This document shows positions 1 to 13,190 of a stretch of DNA of 64,000 bases, piece after piece (position 1 is the stretch's first letter; each line of letters begins with the position of its first letter). The notes beneath the pieces were generated by a model. The model was not told the origin of the DNA and did no database searches. It saw nothing but the letters and a program-made list of their open reading frames with translations. A program made the position numbers and the translations under genes. Source of the DNA: the human T2T-CHM13v2.0 reference genome, Homo sapiens. The DNA is taken from the NCBI RefSeq assembly GCF_009914755.1, contig NC_060927.1; one strand, written 5' to 3'.

Positions 1-3000
1 GGAAAGTAAAGGAATGGAATGGAGTGGAATAGAATGGAGACGAATGTAATGGAATGGAATGGAGTGGAATGGAATGGCGTGGAATGCAATGGAGTTGAAT
101 GGAGTGGAGTGGAGTGGAGTGGGGTGGAGTGGATTGGAATGGAACGAAACGGAATGGAATGGATTGGAATGGAAACGATTGGAGTGGAATGGAATGGAAT
201 GGAATGGAGTGGAATGGAATGGATTAGAATGGAATGGATTGGAATGGAGAGGAGGGCTGTGGAGTGGAATAGAATAAATTGGAGTGGAATGGAATGGAAT
301 GGAATCGAGTGGAGAAGAATGGAGTGGAGTGGAATGCAATGGAATGGAGTGGACTGTAATGGATTGGAATGGAATGGAATGGAAGGGAGTTGAGGGTTGT
401 GGAGTGGAATAGAATTTATTGGAATTGAATGGAACGGAACGGAATGGAAAGGATTGGAATGGAATGGAATAGAAGGGAGAGGAGTGGAAAGGAATGGTAT
501 GGAGAGAAATGGAATGGAAGGGAATGGAATGGAACATATTGGAATGGAAAGGAATGGAATGGAATGGAATAGAATGGAATGGAAATGAATGGAATGGAAT
601 GAAATGCAATAGAATGGAGTGTTAAAGAAGTGATTGAAGTGGAGGGGAACGGAGTGGAATGGAGTGGAATCAAGTGGAATGGAAAAGAATGGAACGGAGT
701 TTAGTGGAATATTATGGAGTGGAATGGAATCGAGTGGAAAGGAAAGTAGTGGAGTCGAGTGGAACGGAATGGAGTTAAATGGAATAGAGTGCTATGGAAT
801 GGAATGGTGTGTAGTGGAATGAAATGGAGTGGCATGGAATGGAGTGCAGTGGAATGGAGTGGAGTGCAATGGAATGGAATGCAATGGAATGGAATCGAAT
901 GGAATGGAATGGGGTGGAGTGAAATTGAATGGAGAGGAATGGAAGGAGTGGAATGGAATGTAGTGTAAAGGTATGTGATGTAACAGTGGAGTGGAATGGA
1001 ATGGAATGGAATGGAATGGAGTGTTGTGCAATGGAATGGAATGGAGTGGAATGGAATGGAATGGAATGGAATGGAATGGAATGGAATGGAAAGGAATGGA
1101 GAGGAATGGAATGGAGAGGAATGGAATGCAATGGAGTGGAATGGAATGGAATCGAGTGGAGTGGAATGGAATGGAGTGGAGTGGAATAGAGTGGAATGGA
1201 ATGGAATGGAGTGCAGGGGATTGAAGTGGAGTACTTTGGAGTCGAATGGAGTCAAAGGTATTAAATGGAATGGAGTGGAGTGGAAGGGGGTGGAGTGGAA
1301 TGGAATGGAATGGAATGGGGTGCAGTGGAATGGAATGGAATTGAGTGGAGTAGAGTGGAGAGGATTGGAGATGAGTGGAGTGGAGTGGAAACGAGTGGAA
1401 TTGAGTACATTTGAATAGAATTAAATGGAATGTAATGGAGTGGAATGGAATGGAGTGGAATGGATTGTAGTGGACTAGAATTTAATAGAGTGGAATGGAT
1501 TGGAGAGAAGTGGAACAGAATGGAATGGAAAGGAATGGAATGGTGTGGAGTGCAATGGAATGGAGTGGAATGTAGTTGAGTTGAGTGGATTGGAATGGAA
1601 TATAGTGGAATTGAATGGTATGGAGTGGTGTATAATGAAAAGGAATAGAATGGAATGGAGTGGGGTTTAGTGGATTGAAATTGAGTGAAGTGGTATAGAA
1701 TGGAATGAAATGGAGTGGAATGCGGAGGCTTCGATTGGAATCGAATGGAAAAGAGAGGAATTGAATGGATTTGACTGGAATGGAGTGGAAAGAAGTGCAG
1801 TGGAATAGAATGAAGAGGAATGGAAAGGAGTGGAATGGATTGGGGTGGAGTGGAGTGGAATGGAGTGGAGAGGAACAGAATGGAATGGAATGGAATGGAG
1901 GGTTGTGGAATGGAATGCAGTGGAACGGAGTGGAGTGGAATGGAATGGAGTGGACTGGAATTGAGAGGAATGGATTGGAGTGGAGAGGAGTGAAATGGAA
2001 TGGAGTGGAGCAGAAAGGAATGGAAAGTTATGGAATCGAGTGGAATGGAATGGAGTTGAATGGAATGGAGTGGAATGGAGTGGAGTAGAATGAAATGGAA
2101 AGTTATGGAATGCAGTGGAACGGAATGGATTTGAGTGGAATGGAATGGAATGGAATGGAGTGGAGTGGATTGGAATGGAATGGAGAGGAATGGAGTGGAG
2201 TGGAGTGGAAAGGAGTGGTTTGGAATGGAGTGGAATGGAACGGAATGGAATGGAAGGCAATGGAAGGGATTGGTATGGAATGGAATGAAATGGAGCAAAG
2301 TTGAATGGAATAGAGTGGAATGGAATAGAATGGAATGGAATGGAATGGACTGGAATGGAGTGGAGTGCAGTGGAGTGGAATGGAATGGAGTCGAGTTGAT
2401 TGGAATGGAGTGGAATGGAATGGAGTGGAATGTAGTTGAGTGGAGTGGAGTGGAATGGAATGGAGTGCAACAGAGTAGAATGGAATGGAACGGAAAGTTG
2501 GGCAGTGGAGTGGAATGAAATGGAGACGAATGGAATAGAGTGGAATGGAATGGAGTGGAGTGGAGTGGAATGGAATGGAGGGCAATGGAGTGGAGTGGAG
2601 TGGAATTGAGTGGTATGGAATGGAGTCGAATGCAGTGGAATAGAATGGAATGGAATGGAATGGTGTGGAGTGGAATGGAATGGAATGGAATGGAAAGGAA
2701 CGGAATGGAATGTGGTGGAATGCAGTGGAATGGAATATAATTTGAAAAGAATGGAATGGAAAGGAATGGAATATAATCGAATGGAGTGGAGAGGAATGGA
2801 AAAGAATAAACTGGAATGGAGTGGAGTGGAGTGGAATAGAATGGAGTGGAGTGGAGTGAAATTGAATGGAATGGAATGGAATGGAATGGAGTGAAGTGGA
2901 ATGGAGTCGACTGCAGTGGAATGGAATGAAATGGAGAGGAAGGGAGTGTAGTGGAATGGAATGGAGTGGAATATAGTGGACTGGAGTGGATAGGAATGGA

Positions 3001-6000
3001 ATGTAGACGAACGGAATGGAGAGGAGTGGAATGGAACGGATTGGAATGTTATGCAATGGAATGGAATGGAAAGAAATTGAATACAATGGAATGGAATGGG
3101 GGGAGGGGAATGGAATTGAGTGGAGTGGAATACAATGGAATAGAATGGAATTTAGTGGAGTGGAGTGGCGTCCAGTGGTTGGTAATTGAAAGTAAGGGAA
3201 TGGAATGGAATGGAGTCGAATGCAGTGGAGTGGAACACAGTGGAATGGAGTGGAGTGGAATGGAGAAGAGTGGAGTCGAGTGGATTGGAATGGAGTGGAG
3301 TGAGGTGGAATGCAATGTAGTGGAATCACATGGAATAGAATCGAATGGAATGGAGTGGAATGAAATGAAGTGGAGAGGCGTGAAATGGAATGGAATGGAA
3401 TGGAGGGTAGGGGAGTGGAGTAGAATGGAAAGGAGTTGAATGTACTGGATTGTAGTGGATTGTAATGGATTGTACTGGAGTTGAAAGGAATGGAATGGAA
3501 TGGAATGGAATGAAAAGGAGTGGGAAGGAATGGAGTGAAGTGGATTTGAATGGAATTGAGTGGAGTGGAATGGTATGGAATGAAATGGGATGGAGTGAAG
3601 TAGAGTGGGGTTGAGTGAAATGGAATTGAATGGAATGTTATGGAATTTAATGGAATTGGTTGGAATGGAATGGAATGGAATGGAATGGAATGGAATAGAA
3701 TGCTATGGAGTGGAGTGGAGTGGAGTGGAGCAGAGAGGAATGGACCGTAAAAGAATGGCATGGAATGGAGTCGGATGAAATTGAATGGAATTGAAAGGAA
3801 TGGCATGGAATGGAGAGGAAGGCAATGGAGTGGAATGGAGTGGATTGGAATGGAAAGGAGCGGAATGGATTGGAGCGGAGTGGAATGCAATGGAGTGAAA
3901 TGGAGAGTAGTGGAATGGAATGCAATGGATTCTTGAGGAATGGAATGAATTGGAGTAGAATGGAGTGGAAAAGAGTGGAGTGCAATGGTAATCATTGGAA
4001 TAGAATGGATTGTAAAGGAGCTGAGAGAAGTGACATAGATTAGAGTGGAACGGAGTTATTTGGAGTGGAATGGAATGGACTGTAATGGAATTGAATGGAG
4101 TGGAATGGAATGGAATGGAGTGAAGTGGAGTGGGATCGAGTGGAATGGAATGGAATGGAGTGGAATGGAATGGAATGGATATGAGGGGAGTGGAATGAAA
4201 TGAAATGGAATGGAATAGAGTGGATTGGAAAGGAATGGAATGGAATGGAGTGATGTGGAATGAAATGGAGTGGATGGAGTGGAGTTTAGCGGATTGGAAT
4301 GGAATGGAGTGGAATGGAATAGAGTGGAATGGAATGGAATGGTGTGTAGTGGAATGTAACTGGATGGAAAGGAATGGAATGAAATGGAAAGGAATGGAAC
4401 GGAGTGGAGAGGATTAGAGTGGAATGGAATTAAGTGGAGTGGAAAAAAATGCAATGGAATGAAAAGCAATGGAGTGGAGTGGAATGGAGTGGAAAGGAAT
4501 GGACCAGAATGGAACGGAATGGAATGGAGAGGAATGTAATGTAATGGAATGGGGTGGAATGGAATTGATTGGAATGGAATGTAGTGGAGTGGAGTGGAGT
4601 GGGGTCGAGTGGATGGGAATAGAATGGAATGGAATTGATTGGAATTGAAACGAGGGGAGTGGAGTGGATAGAATGGAATGGAGTGGAGTTGAATGGATTG
4701 GAATGGAATGCAGTGGAATGGAGAGAAGGGGTGTGGAGTGGAATAGAATGGATTGGAGTGGAATGGAATGGAATGAAATGGAATGGAACGGAATCGAGAG
4801 CAAAGGAGTGGAGTGGAATGGATTGGAATGGAATCGAATGGAAGGGAGATGAGGGGTGTGGAGTGGAAAAGAGTTTATTGGAGTTGAATGGAATAGAGTG
4901 GAGCAGATTGGAATGGAATGGAAGGGAGAGGAGGGCAATAGAAAGAAATGGAATGGAATTTAATGGAATGGAGTGGAACAGAATGCAATGGAGTGGAATG
5001 TAATGAAATGGAAAGGCATGGGATGAAGTGGAACGCAATGGAATGGAATGGATTGGTAATGAGGAGAGAGGAGTGGAATGGAATGGAGTGGAAAGCAGTG
5101 GAGGGGATTGGAATGGAATGGAGTGGAGTGGGATTGAATGGAGTGTAATGGAATGGAGTGGAATGGAGTGGAGTGGAATGGAACGGAACGGAGTGTGGTG
5201 GAATGGAATGGAATGAAGTAGAGAGAAATGGAGTAGAGTGGAGAGGAATACAGTGGAATGGAGAGGAGTAGAATAGAATAGAATAGAATGGAATGGTGTG
5301 TAGTGGAATGAAATGGAGTGGCATGGAATGGAGTGGAGTGGAATTGAGTGGAGTGCAATGGATTGGAATGGAATGGAATGCAATGGAATGGAATCGAATG
5401 TAATGGGATGGGGTAGAGTGGAATTGAATGGATGTTAATGGATGGAGTGGAATGGAATGTAGTGTAAAGGAATGGAATGTACTCAAGAAGAGTGAAATTT
5501 AATAGAAAGGAAAGAAGGGGAGTGCAATGTAATGGAAAGGAGTGGAATGGAATGGAATGGAATGGAATGGAATGTTATGGAATGGAATGGAATGGAATCG
5601 AGTGGACTGGAATGGAATGGAGTGGAGTGGAAGGGAATGGAATGGAATTGAATGGATTGCAGTGGATTGAAGTGGAGTTCTTTGGAATGGAATGGAGTGG
5701 AATGGAATTAAATGGAATGGAGTGGAATGGAAGGGGGTGGAGTGGAATGGAATGGAACAGAATGGAGTGGAGTGGAATGGAATGGAATTGAGTGGAGTAC
5801 AGTGGAGATGATTGAATATGAGTGGAGTGGAGTGGAATGGAGTGGATTGGAATAGAAAAAACGGAATGGAATGGATTGAAATGGAACGAAGTGAAATGGA
5901 ATGGAGTGGAATGGACTGTGGTAGACTGGAATGGAATAGAGTGGAATGGATTGGAGAGAAGTGGAACAGAATGGAATGGTGTGGAAGGAAATGCAATGGA

Positions 6001-9000
6001 ACAGAGTGGACTAGAAAGGATTTGAGTGGAATGGAGTGAAATGGAATTTAATGGAATACAACGGAATGGCATAGAATGGAGTGGGATGGAGAGGAATGGA
6101 ATGGAATGGAATGGAATCTAATGGAACAGAAAGGAATGGAGGGAAGTGGGAAGGAATGGAATTTAATGGAATGGAGTGGAATGGAGAGGATTGTTATGGA
6201 GTGGCAAGGAATGAAATCGAATGGAGTGGAATGGAATGGAATGGAGTGGAGTGGAGTGGAGTGGAATGGAGTGGAGAGGAGTGTAGTGGAATGGAATGGA
6301 AGGAATGGAATTTAATGGAATGGAATGGCAGGGAATGGAATGTAGCGGAGGGGAGAGGAGAGGAGTGGAAAGTAATGGAGTGGAATGGAATGGAACAGAA
6401 TGGAGTGGAATGGAGAGAAGAGGAGTGGAATTGTATGCAATGGAGTGGAATGGAAGGGAATGGAATGGTACGGAAAGGAATGAAGTGGAATGGAATGGAA
6501 TTGAAAGGAACGGAATGGAATAGCGTGGAATGGAATGGTGTGGAATGGAATGGTATGGATTCGAGTGGAATGGAGCAGAATGGAATGGAAGCGAATGTAC
6601 TGGAGTGGAGTGGAGTGGAATGGAATAGAAAAGAATGGAATTGGGTGGATTGCAATGGAATTGACTGGAGTGGAAGACAATGGAATGGAATGGAATGGTT
6701 GTAGTAGAGTGGAGTGTGGTCGGGTGGAATAAAATGGAATGGATTGGAGTGAAATGGAACGGAATTCCGTGGAATACAATGAAATGGAATGGAATGGAAT
6801 GGAAAGGAAAGGAATGGAACGGAACGGGCCAGAACAGAATGGAATGGAACGAAATGGAATGGAATGGAATGGAATAGAGTGGAAAGGAATGGAATGAAAT
6901 GGGGTGGAATATAGAGGAGTGGAGTGGAATGGAATGGAATGCAGTGGAGTGGAAAGGAATGGAGCAGAATTTATTGGAATGGAATGCAATGCAATGGAAA
7001 CGAATGGAATGGAATGGGGTGGAATGGGGTAGTGCAGAAAAGAATGGAGCAGAATTTAATGGAATGGAATGCAATGGAATGGAAACGAATGGAATGGAAT
7101 GGGGTGGAATAGAGTGGTGTGGAATTTAATGGAGTGAAGTTGAATGGAATGGAATGGAAAGGATTGGAATGCAGTGGAGTGGAATGGATTGGAATAGAAT
7201 GGAATAGAGTGGAATGGAATCTAGTGTAATGGAATGGAAGGGAATGAAATGAAATGCAGTCGAATGTAATAGAATGGAACGGAAGTGAATGGAGTGGAGT
7301 GAAAAGTATTGAATTTTTTCAAGTGGAATGGAATGGAATGGAATGTAAAGGAATGGAATGCATTGGAAATGAATGGAAAGGAATGGAGTGGAAGTGTAGT
7401 ATACTGGAGTGGAGTGGAGTGAAATGGAAGAGAATAGAATAGAAAGGAACGGAATGGAACAGAATGGATTGGAATGGAATGGAATGGAATGGAATAGACT
7501 GTATTGGAATGTAATGTAATGTTATGTAATGGAAAGGAATGGAATAGAGTGGAACGGAATGGAATTGAATGGAGTGGAATGTAGAGGAGTGGAGTGTAAT
7601 GGAATGGAATGTTGTGGAAGGGATTTTAGAGGAATGGAGTGGAGTGGAATGGAATGGAGTGGAATAGAGTGCAGTGGAATGGAATGGAGTGGAATGGAAT
7701 GGAATGGAGTGGAATGGAATGGAAAGAATTGGAGTGGACTTCTGTGGAATAGAATGGAATGGAGAGGAGGGGAACGGAGTGGAGTAGACTAGAATGAAAT
7801 CAAATGGAATGGAATGGAATGGAAAGGAAAGAAATGGAATCGAGTGGAGTGGAGAAGAAGAGAATGGAGTGGAGTAAAATGGATTGGAATGGAAAGGAAC
7901 AGAATGGAATGGAGTGAAATGGAGTGGAGAGAACTGGAGAGGAATGGAGTGGAATTTAATGGAATGGAAGGGAATGGAATGGAATGGAGTGCAGTGGAAT
8001 GGAATGGAATGGAATGGAATGGAATGGAGTGGATTGGAATGGAATGAAGTGTAATGGAAAGGAGTGGAATGGGATGGAATGGACTGGAGAGGAGTGGAAT
8101 GGAATTGAATGCAATAAAATGGAATGGAGTGAAGTGGAGTGAAGTGGAATATAATGTAATGGAATGCAATGGAGTGCAATGGAGTGGAGTGGATTGGAAC
8201 GGAATAGAGTGGAATAGAGTGGAGTGGATGGAATGGAATGGAATGGAATGGAAAGGAATGGAATGGAATGGAGTGGAATGGAGTGGAATGGAGTGGAATG
8301 GAATGGAATGGAATGGAGTGGATTGAAGTGGAATGGAAAGGAAAGGAATGGCATGGAATGGAATGGAATGGAGTGGAGTGGAGGGGTGGGGATAGGGGTG
8401 GAATGCAATGAAATGCAATCCAATGGAATGGAATGCAATGGAATGGAATGCAATGGAATGGAAGGGAATGGAGTGGAATGAAGGAGAGTGGAATGGAATG
8501 GAGTGGAATGGAATGGAATGGATTGGAATGGTGTGGAGTGGGGTGGATGGAATGGAATGGAATGGACTGGACTGGACTGGATGGAATAAAATGTAAAGGC
8601 ACGTATCAAATGGATGTAATGGAATCGAATGGAAGTGAGTGCACTGGAGTGGAGTGGAGTGTAAAGAAATGGAATGGAGTGGAATTCAAGGGAATGGAAA
8701 GGGAAGGAATGGAATGGAAAGGAAAGGAATGGAGTGGAGTGGTTTGGAATGGAATGGAGTAGAGTGGAATGGAATGGAATGGAATGAATCGGAATGGAAT
8801 GGAAACAAATTCCATAATGTGGAAGGAATGGAATGGAGTGGAATGGAATCTTGTGGAATGCAACAGAAGGCAATGGAATGGAAAGGAGAGGAGTGTAGTG
8901 TAGTGGAATGGAATGAACAGGTATGGAATGTAACCTAAAGTAGTTGAATGGAATGGAGTAGAATGGAATGGGGTGGAATGAAATGGAGTGTTATGGAATG

Positions 9001-9660
9001 CAATTGAGTGGAATGGGGTCGAATGGAGTGGAGTGTAATGGAATGGCATGGAATCGAGTGGATTGGAATGGATTGGGATTGAGTGGAGTGGAATGCAAAG
9101 GAGTGGAATGGAATGGAATGGTTTGGATTGGAGTTGAGTGGAATGGAATGGAATGGAGTGTAGTGGAGAGGAGTTTATAGGAGTGGAGTGGAGTGGAAGG
9201 GAGTGGAATGGATTGGAATGGAATGGAATTGAACGGAGCGGAAGGGAGTGGAGTGTAGTAGAGTGGAATGAAATGGAATGGAATTGAATGGAAAGGAATG
9301 GAAGGAATGGAATGGAATGAAAGGGAATCGAGTGGATTGGAGCGGAATAGAATGGAGGGGAAAGGAACGGAATGGAATGGAATGTAATGGAACGGAGTGG
9401 AGTCTAGTGAAGAGGAATGGAGCGGAACAGAATGGAATATAGTGGAATGGAGTCGAGTGGAGTGCAGTGTATTGCAACGATATGGAAAGGAATGTAGTGG
9501 AATGGAATGGAGTGGAATGGAATGGAGTGGAATGGAATGGAGTCGAATGGAATGGAATGGAATGGAGTGGAGTGGAATGGTAATGAATGCAATAAAATTG
9601 AGTAGAGTTGAATGGAGTGAAGTGGAGTGGAACGGAATGAAGTGGAATAGAGTGGAGTGA
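1..9660 (+). repeat. Diverged HSat3 domain 1 (GGAAT with frequent GGAGT; no Alu cassettes, no CAACCCGAGT)
   Basis: Mixed pentamers with many substitutions and 1-nt phase slips. Right boundary approximate (about +/-150 bp). Confidence 0.85.
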
Positions 9661-12600
9661 AAAGGAATGGAATGGATGGAATGGAATGGAATGGAATGGA
9701 ATGGAATGGAATGGAATGAAATGGAATGGAATGGAATGGAATGGAATGAAATGGAATGGAATGGAATGAAATGGAATGGAATGGAATGGAATGAAATGGA
9801 AGTGACCGGAGTGGAATGGAATGGAATGAAATGGAATGGAGTGGAATGGAATGGAATGGAAAGGAAAGGAATGGAATGGAAAAGAATGGAATGAAATGGA
9901 ATGGAGTGGAATAGAATGGAATGGAATGGAATGGAATGGAATGGAATGGAATCAACTGGAATGGGATGGAATGAAATGGAATGGAAAGAAAGGGAATGGA
10001 ATTTAATGAAACGGAGACTATCCGAATGGAATGGAATGGAATGGAATGCAATGGAATGGAATAAACACGAATGGAATAGAATGGAATGGAATGGAATGGA
10101 ATGGAATGGAATGGAATGGAATGGAGTGGAATGGAATGGAATGGAATGGAACTTAATGGAATGGATTCAACCCAAGTAGAATGGAATGGAATGAAATGGA
10201 ATGGAAAGGAATGGAAAGGAATGGAGTGGAATGGAATCAACGGGAGTGGAATGGAATGGAATGGAATGGAATGGAATGGAATGGAATGGAATCAACACGA
10301 GTGGCATGGAATGGAATGGAATGGAATGGAATGGAATGGAATGGAATGGAATGGAATCAACCCGAGTACAATGGAATGGAATGGAAAGGAATGGAAAGGA
10401 ATCGAGTGGAATCAACCCGAGTGGAATGGAATGGAGTGGAATTAATTGGAATGGAATGGAATGGAATGGAATGGAATGGAATGGAATAGAATAGAAAGGA
10501 ATCAACTAGAATGGAATGGAATGGAATGCAATGCAATGGAATAGAACGGAATAGACTGGAATGGAATGGAATGGAATGGAATGGAATAGAATGCAATAGA
10601 ATGGAATGGACTCAACTCGAGTGGAATGGAATGAAATGTAATGGAATGGAATGCAATAGAATAGAATGCAATGGAATGGAATCAAGTAGCCTCGAATGCA
10701 ACAGAATGCAATGCAATCAACTCAAGTGGAATGGAATGGAAAGGAGTGGAATACAATGGAATGGAATGCAATAGAATGGAATTGAATGGAATGGAATAAT
10801 GTGGCCTCAAGTGCAATAGAATTAAATGGAATCAACTTGAAGGAATGGAATGGAATAGAAAGGAATAAACTAGAATGGAATGGAATGGAATAGAATGGAA
10901 TGGAATGGAATGGAATGGAATGGAATGGAATCAACACGAGCCGAATGGAAGATTGGAATGGAATTTAATGGAATGGAATAGAGTCAACCGAAGTGGAATG
11001 GAATGGAATGGAATGAAATGGAATCAATCGGAGTGGAAAAGAATGTAACGGAATGGAAAGGAATGGAATGGAATGGAATCATCCAGAGTGGAATGGAATG
11101 GAATGGAATGGAATGGAATGGAATGGAATGGAATGCAATGGAATGGAATAGAATGGAATGGAATGAAATTTAATGGAGTCATCCCGAGTGGAATGGAATG
11201 GAAAGGAATTGAATGGAATGGAATGGAATGGAATCAACCCGAGTGGAATGGAATGGAATGCAATGGAATGGAATGGAATGGAATGGCATCAACCTGAATG
11301 GAATGGAATAGAATGGAATGGAATTCAATGGAATGGAATGCTATCAACCCGAGTGACATGGAATGGAATGGAATGGAATGGAATGGAATCAAATGTAATG
11401 GAATGGAATGGAATCAACCCGAGTGGAATGGAATGGATTGGAATGGAATGGAAAGGAAAGGAATGGAATGGAATGGAATGGAATGGAATGGAATGGAATC
11501 AAAATGAGTAGAATGGAATGGAATGGAATTTTATGGAATGGAATGGAATGGGATGTTATGGAATGGAATGGAATGGAATCAACCCGGGTGGAATGGAATG
11601 GAATGGAATGGAATGGAATCAACCAGAAGGGATTGGAATGGAATGTAATGCAATGGAATGGAATGGAATGGAATCAACCCGAGTGTATTGGAATGGAATG
11701 CAATGGAGTGGAAGGGAATGGAATGGAATGGAATGCAATGCAATAGAATGGAATGGAAAGGAATGGAATGAAATAGCCTCGAATGCAACAGAATGGAATG
11801 TAATCAACTCGAGTGGAATGGAATGGAAAGGAGCGGAATGCAATGGAATGGAATGCAATAGAATGGAATTGAATGGAATGGAATGAAGTGGCCTCGAATG
11901 CAATAGAATGAAACGGAATCAACTCGAATGGAATGGAATGGAATGGAATGGAATGGAATGGAATGGAAGGGAAAGGAATCAACTGGAATGGAATGGAATG
12001 GAATGGAATGGAATGGAATGGAATCAACGCGAGTGGAATGGAATGGAATGGAATGGAATGGAATGGAATGGAATGGAATGCAATGGATTCAAGCGGAGTG
12101 GAAAAGAATGTAACGGAATGGAAAGGAATGGAACATCCAGAGTGGAATGGAATGGAATGAAATGGAATGGAATGGAATGGAATGGAATGGAATTTAATGG
12201 AGTCATCCCGAGTGGAATGGAATGGAATGGAATGGAATGGAATCACCCCGAGAGGAATGGAATGGAATGCAATGCAATGGAATGGAATGGAATGTCATCA
12301 ACCCGAATGGAATGGAATAGAATGGAATGGAATTGAATGGAATGGAATGCTATCAACCCGAGTGGCATGGAATGGAATGGAAAGGAATGGAATCAAATGG
12401 AATGGAATGGAATGGAATGGAATGGAATGGAATGGAATGGAATGGAATCAACCCGAGTGGAATGCAATGGAAAGGAATGGAATGGAATGGAATGGAATGG
12501 AATGGAATGGAATCAACCCGAGTGAATGGAATGGAATGGAATGGAAAGGAATGGAATCAACCCGAGTGGAATGGAGTGGAATGGAATGGAATGGAATGGA

Positions 12601-13190
12601 ATGGAATGGAATCAACCCAAGTGGAATGGAATGGAATGGAATGGAATGGAATGGAATGGAATGGAATCAACCCGAGGGGAATGGAATGGAATGCAATGGA
12701 ATGGAATGGTATGGAATGGAATGGAAAGGAACGGAATCAACCTGAGTGGAATGGAATGGAATGGAATGGAATGGAATGGAATGGAATGGAATCAACCCCA
12801 GTGTAGTGGAATGAAAGGAATGGAATGGAATGGAATGGAATGGAATGGAATAGAATCAACTAGAATGGAATAGAATGGAATGGAATGGAATGGAATGGAA
12901 TGGAATGGAATGGAATCAACCCGAGTGGAATGCAATGGAAAGGAATGGAATGAAATGGAATGGAAGGGAATATAATGGAATGGAATGGAATGAAATCAAC
13001 CCGAGTGCAATGGAATGGAATGGAATGGAATGGAATGGAATGGAATGGAATGGAATGGAAGGCATTGGAATGGCATGGAATGGAATGGAATCGAATGGAA
13101 TCAATTCGAGTGGAATGGAATGGAATGGAATGGAATAGATTGGAATGGAATGGAATGGAATGGAATGGAATGGAATGGAATGGAATGGAA
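9661..13190 (+). repeat. Homogeneous canonical HSat3 island: (GGAAT)n punctuated by CAACCCGAGT
   Basis: Long perfect GGAAT runs and few GGAGT. Repeated GGAATCAACCCGAG(T) and variants near 10355, 10411, 11232, 11412, 11672, 12447, 12512, 12556, 12914, 12995. CAACCCGAGT is the known HSat3 interspersed motif. Confidence 0.93.
10680..12480 (+). repeat. ~1.0-1.1 kb diverged tandem duplication inside the canonical HSat3 island
   Basis: Ordered markers TAGCCTCGAATGCAACAGAATG 10687/11774; GTGGCCTC 10801/11888; GGAGTGGAAAAGAATGTAACGG 11030/12095; TTTAATGGAGTCATCCCGAG 11169/12193; GCTATCAACCCGAGTG 11340/12349. Confidence 0.85.

Noticed and set aside
11169-12205. DUX4-like site TAATGGAGTCA (11171, 12195) and HSat2 identity
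   Set aside because: One mismatch to TAAYBBAATCA and only two copies seen. The repeated GAATCATC phase-shifting pattern typical of HSat2 is essentially absent.
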